Assembly: GCA_020536535.1 (NCBI GenBank)
Contig: JAHLWZ010000373.1
Location: 1-64,000 of the forward strand
Length of the DNA stretch: 64,000 nucleotides
Source: Pelomyxa schiedti
Taxonomy: Eukaryota; Protista; Evosea
Reading direction: 5' to 3'
This document shows positions 25,171 to 35,492 of this stretch, piece by piece (the first letter of the stretch is position 1; the number at the start of each line of letters is the position of its first letter). The translations under genes were made by a program, and so were the position numbers. The notes under the pieces were generated by a model. It did not search any database. It saw only the letters and a program-made list of their open reading frames with translations, and was not told where the DNA came from.

Positions 25171-25748
25171 ATAGCGGTCGCGAAGACCGCGACCACAACC
25201 TCGGCTACATCGACAATTCCCCCTCTTTAACTTTTTTTTTTTTTACCAAAGCATTAATCACTTGTGGGATACACGGCATTATCTCGTAAGTAAAGTACCC
25301 TCTTTACAGAAAGTTTTTAGATTTTCCTGAACTGCCCCACCAACATCTGTCGAGCCTCTGCCTTCTCCTAGTACACCGCACTCTCCTCACACCACAGTTG
25401 CACACAAGCCACACTACCGCCGTCCCTGTGCGCCGCGGTTAAACAAGAAACGCTTTTTTTCGCTCTCATTTTCGTTATCGGCGGTGTATCACCAAATCCC
25501 AAATCAATACATTTATTGGAAATCGCTGTGTGATCGAAATTATGTGAAATACCATACAATGGTGTTTTTTTTATTCAGCCAATTAAATTATTATTAAATT
25601 TTCCTTCCTACAAAACACCTGCTCACAGCAACTGCGATTGCTTATTCCAAATGAGGAAAGTTGAAGTTAATTTGTGTTTTCCAAAAAATACCTTTTGCTC
25701 GGCTTTTAAGCCAGAGAGAAACCGCCAACAAAGCTACAAAAAAGCAAG

Positions 25749-28700
25749 ATGACAAGCACAGCAACCAACCAACCAGCAAAGATGTTCCAGAAGTTGTTGG
25801 AAAAGGGTGTTTGCAATGGCGTGGGACCCCTCCAGCGGTTCTTCCAGACTGACCCATACAGCGTTCCCGTGGCGAACGTGGTGGATACCAAGGTCTTAAA
25901 GATCCGATACCCACATGAAATTGGAGATCCAGTAAGAGAAGCTGGGGTGAGGCTGACAACCGATCTACACGTTGTGGACGTCCTCATCCCTGACTCCGTC
26001 ATTGTGGCAGTCCGAATTTACTCAAAGACAGTTTGTTCCTCACTTCCCCCCTTCCCCCTCCCATTTTATCATTCTCTTCACCTCCCTCTTCGTTGGTTCC
26101 TTTGCTGACACCACACAACAGGGTGAAGTTCCTTCAGTCGAGGATGGGATGACGATGTACCCCAACACGAGGAGCATTGTGGGAGACACCTTTGCTGACC
26201 TGTGCGCTATCATCCACCATGGTTTGAAATGGGTAACAAGCAAAAACACGTTCCCCCCAAAACAAACACATGATGCGCCCCACGCACGTTACACCCGACA
26301 ACAAAAATGACACGCACCATGAGAGAAACGCCTGTAACTTTATTTGCAGGAAGGCGAACCGCAAATCAGGGAAACCGGCGTTCAGACGAAAGTTCCCGAA
26401 GACACGTACGCGCCAGTAGAGATCGTCACAGATAACGTGTATGGCCCGGCGCTCAAGGTGGTCGTCACGAGGGGCAACCCCGTCACCATCACCGTGTTCG
26501 CCAACAAGAAGTCCGCAGGTCCGCTCTGCTCCACGTTCCGGAATCCGGAGGTAATATGTTCCCATTACAATGAACGTGTCGTGGTTGACGATGCGTTTTT
26601 TGCCACAGTGGACGATGGTGTCATCAGATATTCTGTTCAAGACTTTGCAGGTGGTCGAGTACAAATACGAAGGGACCATGAGACAGGAGTGCTCCACGTA
26701 CTGGCACAGGAAAAAACTTCCGTTCTGTCAGTATCTTGGTTCGCCACCCTAAACAGTTAAACCTATGTTCCTGATCACTGCCGTGCAGGATTTGGGGAGA
26801 AGGGAGGAACAAATCTGTGCATGAACTCGCAGCACCTACAGTTCACCAACTGTGACAACTACCTGTATGAGGAGGTCTACAAGGTGGGACCGACTGACCC
26901 GAGCGAGCCACTGTATCACAGCAACCCCTTCTGGATCGAGTATGTCCCTGACAGACCCCTCGTCGGCGTTTACCTGGATTCTGTTGCTCCAGTATGAAAG
27001 AGCCCATTTCAAACTCCTCACTAAATCACCTGACAAGAAGCGCACTCTGCACCATCCTCAATCACACAAACCACACTAACCTACAAACCAAGAGTTTTGT
27101 GGACCTTGGCCCCGCTGAGTCAACCGAGATCGCCGTAGGGACATTGGTGTCACGATTCAGCTATTACATTATGGTGCAGAGCAGGCACCCGTATGACATT
27201 ACTTCGCTGTACTGCAAGTTGGAAGGTGCTGGGAGGGTGTTCCCCAAGTGGGTCCTTGGCTATCACCAGGGAAAGTTTGGATGGACTTCCAAGGGAGAAG
27301 TGCTCGACAGTGCAAAGAAGTTCCGTGATTGTGAGATACCCATTGACAGCTTCAACATCGACATAGACGTTCAGCACGAGCTACAGACCTTCACGATCAA
27401 CGAAAGGTTCAACGGGGTCTTCCAGGACCTCCTCAAGATGGGCTTGAAGAGCTCCACCAACATCACCCCCTACATAGCGCAAAATCACCCCGCTGCAATA
27501 GCAGTCTTGCAAGACACGACCAAGAGGGTCTTTGTGGGAAATGAGATGGCAGGAAATCCGCAGGGAAACCCTCCAGCATCGACGGAATACTCTCCGTTCT
27601 TAGGCCAAGTGGCGTACTCCCTAGAGTGCCCAAGGGGACTCTACCCAGACCTGGGTCACCCTGACGCCTACAGCTGGTGGCAGAAGTCATACGATACGCT
27701 ACTGAGGGCGGGGCTCAGCTACGTCTGGCAGGACATGGTGACGCCGGACATGCCCGAGGACATAGACGAGTGGAGATCTTTCCCACTCGACCTTATGCTT
27801 ACCGACAACACTTACAAAAGGCCTGGGGAGTCGTCGAGCAGCGGAACACCTCCAACAAGCAAGCCCTTGTCTAAGATTCCGGCGATTTGCATGAGGAACA
27901 TGTTCGCTCTGAACCTGCTGAGGGCCACTTTCAATGCGTGGGACAAACACGAGCTGCTGGCCACCAAGAGGCCGTTTATCATTGGAAGGGGAGGTTGCTC
28001 TGGGATGCACCGGTTCGGAGCCCTATGGACTGGTGACAACTCCGGCACGTGGGACTTCATGAAGGTCAACCTCGTCCAGTGCCTGTCCCTCGGGCTAAGT
28101 GGGCAGTTCATGTCTGGTGCCGACATTGGTGGGTTCGCCTGGGTCGATAACCAATCTTGGGTCGACCCAGAGTTGTTCATCAGGTGGCACTTGGCTGCTG
28201 CTTTCTTGCCTTGGTACCGCTGCCACTATAACGGCAAGTCCATCACCCCTTGGCCACCAAACGGCAACAAGTCAGGGAAGCTCTTCCAAGAAGTGTATGC
28301 ATTTGAAGAGCACGCAAATGAGGCACCTGACGACAGGCTTCTCTACACCAACGTGATGCCTGTATGCAAGTTTTACATTGAGCTGCGCTACAGGTTCATT
28401 CAGCTGCTCTACGACGGCATGTTCGGCAGCAATCGGAACGGGATTCCAATCTCCAAGCCCCTCTTCCTCCAAGATGGGTTCAGGGATCCCTCGCTCCACT
28501 TCGAGATGCTTGAGTACTGCAGCAACGAATACCTTGTTGGCTCTGACATGCTTGTGGCCCCCATCCTCAACAAGGGTAACAATGGAACGAGGAAGGTCTA
28601 CCTGCCGGCGGGAAGCAAGTGGTACCCGTTCACCAATAACTTCGCCCCTCTCGACCCTGAAACCAGAGGGAGGGAGTGGCTGAGCAAAGGAGTTCGCAAC

Positions 28701-29420
28701 CCGCCTTACGGTAGTATGGCAAGGCCGGTGGAGGGCGGCAGGCAGTTCGACTACTACGCCTCCCTGCAGTCCCCGTCTGACAAGCCGGACCACATTCCTT
28801 ACCTGCTGCCGATATACCTCCGTGCTGGGACGGTGATACCCACGGTCGAGCTGGAGCAGTTCGTTGGACAGAGGACACAAGATGGCAAGATGCAACCAGT
28901 GACACTCAATGTTATGCCAGGTGCCCCTTGTTCCGCAAAGGGCCGCTCCAAATACCAGCTTTACCTCGACGATGGCGAGTCGAGGGTGTCTTCTCCCTGC
29001 CGTGGAGTCTTTGACGAACGGCGTGGCTACAAGGACCAGTACGTGCACATATGTGTTCAGAACAGCGTGCACGAGGAGAGCAATGTGCTCGTCTCTCGCA
29101 AGGTGGAGCTTGACTGCCTCAACAGCCCTGACGTACCAGAACCCACCATCGCCGACCACACCAAGTGGTTGTGTGTTGCCTTCCACCACGACGCGGACCA
29201 CAACGACGTCTGGAAGAAGTACACCGTCTTTGTGCGCATTGGGAACGAAGAGAGGTTCCCGCTGCCGGTCGTTCCCAGCCTCACTGAATTCCTCGTCAGC
29301 AAGACCTCCCCTGTGGCCTTCCTGGATGACACCTGCCGTGTGACGCTGGTGAGGTTTGGTCAGCCCAACGAACCCATTACCAAGGGCAAGTACGTTGTGG
29401 TGACCCTCGAGCTCAACCTG
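25749..29420 (+). other. agll: Domain: alpha-1,4-glucan lyase (GH31 lyase subgroup)
   Basis: Motifs YLGFGEKGG, EPLYHSNPFW, FPKWVLGYHQ, DIDVQ, GLKSSTNITP, YPDL, nucleophile WQDMVTP (Asp 27732-27734), acid/base WTGDN (Asp 28035-28037), ELRYRFIQLLYD, PVEGG and YLDDGESR. These match recalled red-algal/fungal lyases, and the hydrolase-type DMNEP is absent. Confidence 0.9.
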
Positions 29421-32057
29421 TGTCCCCGTATGATTCGCACGGTCCTTGCTGACAAGCTTGATGATGGGTACTGGATCCACACTGCTGACCTTCACAGGAC
29501 CGGCAGGTCTGACCTCATTGCTTACGGCCTTGGGAAGGGCCAGATCACCGTCTATGACAACCTCGGTGGTGGAAAGTGGTCACCTGGCCAAGTGATTCAA
29601 GAGGTAACGCATGGATGCTTGTGTTTTTTTTTCGCTTTTGCTCTCCTATTCCATCATTCACCACTGTTGCTGACCAAAATTCCCCTCCCCCTCCCCAAAA
29701 CAACAATTTTTCAAGTTGATTGGACCGGTTTCCACAGACACATGGGACATCACAGGCAATGGCTACCCAGACTTAATCACATGCTACGAATATGGCAAAA
29801 ACATGATGGAACCCGATCCAAATGGTGGAAAGATCGTGTGGCTCGAAAATCCAGGGACTGGAGGGATGGTTCCATGGAAGCAGCACTACATTGGCCAGTC
29901 AATGTCCATGCACAGGCTTCGCGTCGGTCATTTCACTGATGCAACACGTATTCAGGTGCGTTCTTCAAATCCTTACCCCAAACCGTGTTTTAAATCACGG
30001 CGAGGTTCTGGGCCTGCCGATCGTGGGAGCAGTTGGAGATTTTGGAGCTCCTGTCCCTCTGTGCTTGTTCACGGCACCAACAGATGTGATAAACGCAACT
30101 AGCTGGGAGGCCACCAGAATTGACACGAGTATGTGCACTTCTATGGGCTTCCCTTACTCTGACGTCGTGTCTCCTCCCCCTTTTTTTCCTCCTTCATTCA
30201 GAGGGTTCGACATTCCATGTGATTCATGAAGTGTGTCTGATGAAGAACCCTGCAACATGGCTTGACTCCTTCATCATTGCGTCACAGGAGGGTTTGACAA
30301 AGTTTGTTTATGATCCTGCTGCTGGTGCCTTTAATGTAACTCTCTTGACTCAGTCCCCTTCTTTTTTTGACTTGTTTGGCAGATGGAGTCAATCACCAAA
30401 GGAGAGGTCCACGGCAAGGTATTCAATGGGTGTGGCAACGTGACCACGTTCAGGCACAGTGGCAAGGAGTGCATTGCGGCGATAGAACCGTTCCACGGGT
30501 ACGTACTGACCGTGTATGTGCAGAGACTATCAGGAGGATGGTCACAGCATATCGTGGATGTGTACGGCGTGCCCAACAAGAAAGAGGAGGGCCCAGCGCA
30601 TCACTTGGTCACTGCAGACATCAACAAAGATGGGGAAGAAGAATTGCTTGTCGCACTGAGGGGTCCTGCTCCTGCTGAGGGTGTTTTCATGTACAAGTGC
30701 AGCATGTCCTCCCCAGACGACGTCAAGTTCATCAAGTACCGGCTCACGCCAGACAGTGCTGCCAGGATTGCAGTGGGTGACTGGGACGGCAACGGCTCAA
30801 TGTAAGTGTAACTTTACTCGTCTCCCCAACTCTGTTCCATCTCTCTTGCTATCTCTTCTTTCTCCATTTTTACAACATCTCAGTGATATTGCCACGATTG
30901 GATACTCCGTGGCTGGCTACTTTGAAGCATGCAACAGCCGAGTGGCAGTTTTCTCGAACACTCTCACCCCGTCCCTCGATGCCTTGCCACTCAATCGAAT
31001 ACCGTTCCGAACTTGTCAAATATGGAATGACGTCGCATATAGCCAGAAGCAAGTCTCATCTGCAGATGCATGCGAGCTCACTATCTCGTTTGCTCAAATC
31101 GAGCCATCAGCAGAGGGGGCAAGGTACATTTCAGAGCCGCTTATCCTCTGCGCACAGGGTACAGAGACGCACTGCATGCGCATCATGTTGCTGCCTCCTT
31201 ATGCACATGCCTTCATGCCAGGGCTGGTGGACGGCTTCGAGAGCTACATCAAGATTCTCGCAGGTGGCCTCTCTAACCCATTCATCCCAATCTTGGCCAA
31301 TCCCCTCGAAAAGCGGTCCGCAATATTGCGCAGTATGTACCCACTCAGAAAAACCCCTCTTGAACCCAAAAAAAAAAAGATCCATTGGTTCAGGCCGGAC
31401 CAGAAGGGGCACTGTTTATGCTGTTCACAAAGCTTTATGGGGCAGCCAAAGAAATCACAGATACCTCAACACTGCGGTGGGTTCTGCCCAACGAGAATGC
31501 AACAGTGATGCCCTGGAAGCCATTCCCCCCGTTCGAGCGCTTCTTCAACTCGCGCTATATCCACGTCAACGTGGGCGGGACCCCCGTGGCCAGCATTCAG
31601 TTCTGGGCAGCTGGCCTTGGTGTGGACTGTGGCCTTCACGACCACAGCGATTTGGACGCAACCGCCACCTTTGGCGAAGTGCACCTGGCCCTTTACAATG
31701 GCAATGGTGATGGAGGCATGGTCTGGAAGAACGAAGGCGCCCCTGATGGCCACCTTGCCCTCCTTGCGGGTGAAGAGCATGGCCCGATCTGGGTCAAGGT
31801 ACCGCCGTGATCTCCACTCCCCCCTTTTCCTCCACTCCTAACAGCAAACCCAGAAACAGGGAGAGAAGAACGACAACGGCGGCTTGAAATACCCCATGCA
31901 CAAGTGGCAGGCGGGAGGAGTGTATGCTGGTGACGCCACTGCCGCTGCAGCCGACAAGTTTGACGTCTGGGTGGCTGTCGAGTACAGGGCGGCACTGCTC
32001 CAGCGCAGTCTCTTGATGGAGGCCAAGATCAAGAGGATGTTCTCTGAGAGGCCTTGA
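25749..32057 (+). CDS. Fusion enzyme: GH31 alpha-1,4-glucan lyase (EC 4.2.2.13) plus aldos-2-ulose dehydratase/isomerase (AUDH); roughly 1750-1800 aa (estimate), multi-exon
   Basis: Spliced model from ATG 25749 to TGA 32057. One 2511-nt exon (27093-29603) holds the lyase catalytic barrel, its C-terminal domains and the AUDH N-terminus in one frame without a stop. No signal peptide. Confidence 0.92.
29430..32057 (+). other. audh: Domain: aldos-2-ulose dehydratase/isomerase (beta-propeller plus two cupins); lacks the C-terminal lectin-like domain of the fungal enzyme
   Basis: Propeller motifs DGYW, YGLG, DITGNGYPDLI..YG..GGKIVWLENPG, MHRLRVGHFT, IHEV, EPFHG, AHHLVTADINKDGEEELLVA and DIATIGYSVAGYFE. 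Cupin motifs IQFWAAG..CGLHDH..FGEVH..NGNGDGGM, EHGPIW, YPMHKWQAG and FDVWVAVEY. Confidence 0.92.
31077..31154 (+). repeat. 78-bp segment (AUDH exon) with a perfect inverted copy at 34417-34494
   Basis: The reverse complement of 34417-34494 equals 31077-31154 base for base. Confidence 0.95.
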
Positions 32058-32142
32058 GTTTCTTTCACAAAGATTTCAATCAAATCGTAATGAAACACGT
32101 TCCATCAGAAGTTTTCGCACCTTTTTCCTGTTCGGTCTGATT

Positions 32143-33729
32143 ATGCGAAAACCATCGCACGACGAGCCTGTGCAGGGCGAAGCCACGGAGGGCCCATGCA
32201 CTGCCCCACTGCTGGCGCCCATAAGTACGCGCAACAGATCTGTCATAAGTGACTGCAACCGACAATGGCACTCGGGGGACTTTGACCTCCTTCCTGGTGT
32301 GGCTGTGGTTGCTCTTGGTTATGGGTCACGTGGTGGTTTTAATTTTATTGCTTACTGGTATCAGATGAAGTCGTTATTCAAGTTCTCTCTTGTTTGGGCA
32401 TGAAGAGTATTAGCAGAATGGGACAAGTAAAAATACAAATCCTGCTTTCATATGTTGCTCATATTTGAAAACAGACTTGCAAAAGGATGCACACCATTGC
32501 ATCAAGTGCCACTGTTTGGAATCACGTGGCTCAAAGAGAGGGATTACCTGAAAACAAACCTCTGAGTTTCTATGTGTCCAAGTATGCCTTTGTACATAGG
32601 ATAGTGAACGTTCTCTTCTGCTAACACTAAACTTGAGTAAGGTACACTGAGAAGAGAGAGCATAAATATGCTGCTAGAGAAGCAGTCGCCAATATTGAAA
32701 AGAAGCACCGATACCTGGTTATTCTTTGCGATAAATTGTCGTCTCCGTACCAAAACCCTTCTCAGGAAAAGAAAAAACGTAACACATGGTGCGTTCAATT
32801 TTTTACATCAAGGATTTGGGAGTGGTCCTATCCAGCGTTGCTTATTCTTTTCCTCGTTGCCGCAACACTGAAACTAGAAGAAATAATATTCTGGCCCTGG
32901 ATTGCAGTATTTGCCCCTCTATTTGCCATTTTCTGTCACATATATTTCTGTAACATGGTAAAGCATCATTTTACATTCTATTTGTGTTTCACTTACTATT
33001 TCTATTTCATTCTTTGTGAAGATATTTGCCCTGTGCAAACCTATCAACAATTACAGACTAGAACCGAGGGAGGGTGAGTGTAAGACCCCGGCGTGCAACT
33101 TTTTGTGGCTCAATGGTCACTATATAGAAAAGCTCAACAACAGGATAATATTCTATATGTACCTCTTCTGTCCCGTACCGTTCTTGCTCTTCCTTTTCCT
33201 GCAATTGTCTTGTTACATAATGCCGTGGTGGATTATTCCAATTCCTGCACAACTCATTTCCCTCGCCCTGATTCTCACACCGTTCGTTGCGAGGGTAAGG
33301 TGCATGTGCTCAGCCCCAAGCCAACTAATGTGGCTCATATTCCCAGTTTGTGGCATTCTGATGTGCACATTCCTCTCGCTCCTGTCAATAAAACTACTCA
33401 GTACGAATTCACTCACTTGGGTGGCGGTCATAGCACCGCTTCTGGCAATTGAATTTTGGATTCTGTTAATTCCGGCCCTACTAGCTGTTGTATCAAAAGG
33501 ACTTCGAATGTACTGGACACAAGGAAGCCGGCTTGGCACAATGATACTGGTAATGGATACCATCATACTCGGAGTTATAATTGTTTCATTTGGGCTGTTA
33601 CTGGCCCTCACCATGGATGGATTCCGTGACTATCAGTGGAGAATGATCCTCATTCCAATGTATATACTTGCTGGGTTCGTTACAACAGCCACAGTTGCTC
33701 TCAGTGTTGCTATGTATTCTGGTTTGTAA
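32143..33729 (+). CDS. F-box protein fused to a TMEM185/Fragile-X-F-like multi-pass membrane domain
   Basis: Splicing gives DFDLLPDEVVIQVLSCLGMKSISRMGQTCKRMH...VW (F-box), followed by repeated LKL...W.WxxVFAPL, WWIIPIP, TWVAVIAPL and WRMILIPM helices. Confidence 0.75.
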
Positions 33730-34416
33730 CAGTAAGACCCATAACAACCATGGAAAAAGTGAAGTGTACGAAAAAGGAAGGGGGAAAAAAAAAATTCGAG
33801 ATCTGAGGTTCACCCCCTTTTGAATTCTGCTGGGAGATCCTTACCTTCATCACCAGTCACCTGGCCGACATTGACCTCCGCCATACAGGGTCAATATCCG
33901 CCCCTTAGCATCGATCAACGTCAGGGGCTAGAGCGCATCGAATCCCGTGGCCTATTCCATCACGCAGGGTATCCTTTGGTTATTCTTCCCTTGTGGGTGG
34001 TTGTCGGTTACGGGAGAGCTACTTTCGCCCCCTGCTTGTCGATGTGTTGGTGGTCTCCCATTCCACCGACTTGAACCCTGTGGTGTCTACGGTCATCAGC
34101 ACGTCCTATGGCATGTTTACGTCTCGTGTTTCATATCTTCCGTCATAGGCGACGCAGAACTTGGTTCCGTTCCCAGTGCCCTCGAAATAGTCCCACATGG
34201 CAGGGCCTCGATCCCAGTCACCAGCCACCTCTCGATCTCGTGGAATCGCTCTCTCTCCATGGACTCCACCTCGGACGGCTTCATGCTCCAGAATATTATC
34301 TGGTGCTCTGTTGGTGAGATCGTCGGCTTCATCTTCCGAGAAACGAGGAGCGCCACGGGTTCCCTCTTGCTCATAGTGACCAAGGAAATCACGTGCCCTC
34401 CACTCTGCAGAGTTGC

Positions 34417-34494
34417 TGCGCAGAGGATAAGCGGCTCTGAAATGTACCTTGCCCCCTCTGCTGATGGCTCGATTTGAGCAAACGAGATAGTGAG
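34417..34494 (-). repeat. Inverted copy of 31077-31154
   Basis: 78/78 identity on direct comparison. Confidence 0.95.
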
Positions 34495-35392
34495 AAATGT
34501 GGAGGCTCCGTAGTATAATGGTTAGTATGGGAGATTTTGGCTCTCTTGATCTCAGTTCGATTCTGAGCGGGGCCATTAATTTATCTTCACGCTTCAAATT
34601 TTCTTGTTTTGGTGCTGTTGGCCAGGATATGTTGGAGCTTGAAAAGTTGAGAGTTGCCGCACTGTGCAAGTGATTTTTTGGAGTTACTCTTAGTCCTGAG
34701 AGTAATTGTGGTACTTGTTACAAAGGCATCAACTTGTTGGTACACGGTGACACGTTCGTAGTTTCAGCACATAGCTGTTTGGAAACTAGGTATTGAGCCA
34801 CGTAGTCCATGTAATCTGGCTTGAGAAGTTCTCTCAGACACCTTGTCGGATTTAGCAAACTGGAGCATGTATAAATATTTACCTTGACGTTCAAATTGGT
34901 TGGAGCCAAGTTGTTAATCAAAAATTGTATCCTCTCGATGATGGATGTCAGGGGAGTGCACTGTGAAATCTCGGTTGGTGCAGGAAGAGTGCATGAAGAC
35001 AGTACAAATTGTTCCACAACTGAGTGCTGTGATTCTGAGTGTGACTGGTGAACTGGATAGAAGTCGTGGCCTGTCTTCAGATCTTGAAGGTGCTACTAGC
35101 GGAGACATAGCTGAAAGTGGTTTGGTGGAGTTGAGGGCAGGGTCAGGTGGAGGTTGTGCGAAAGAAGAAACTGATGTTGCACCAGGCGGAGTACGCCGGG
35201 AGCTGATGGGTGGTGCCGTTTAACGTGGGGAAACTGTACGAAGTGGTGTTTGACGCGGAGAGGAAGGTTGCGAATTATTCTGAGTCTGCTGTGCGAGTAG
35301 GGCTTTGTATTTTTGCATATCACCATCGGAGATTTCCGACGGAGATTTTGGTTGCAGAGAATCATTTCCTTCGAAAATGCTGATGTTCTCTG

Positions 35393-35492
35393 NNNNNNNN
35401 NNNNNNNNNNNNNNNNNNNNNNNNNNNNNNNNNNNNNNNNNNNNNNNNNNNNNNNNNNNNNNNNNNNNNNNNNNNNNNNNNNNNNNNNNNNN
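35393..35492. other. Assembly gap (100 N)
   Basis: Run of N characters. Confidence 1.

Noticed and set aside
24260-25560. Minus-strand protein gene
   Set aside because: Only short frames with stops; no consistent splice model or motif.
25749-29420. Ordinary lysosomal or ER alpha-glucosidase
   Set aside because: There is no signal peptide or DMNEP motif, and lyase-specific segments (EPLYHSNPF, STNITP, PVEGG) are present.
28272-29495. 407-aa antisense ORF inside the lyase exon (similar cases: 22679-23461, 40008-40607, 30883-31710)
   Set aside because: These are shadow ORFs expected from GC3-rich coding sequence on another strand or frame; they have no recognisable motifs.
25749-32057. Bacterial operon or contaminant contig
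   Set aside because: The gene has multiple GT-AG introns with branch points and is contiguous with typical eukaryotic genes.
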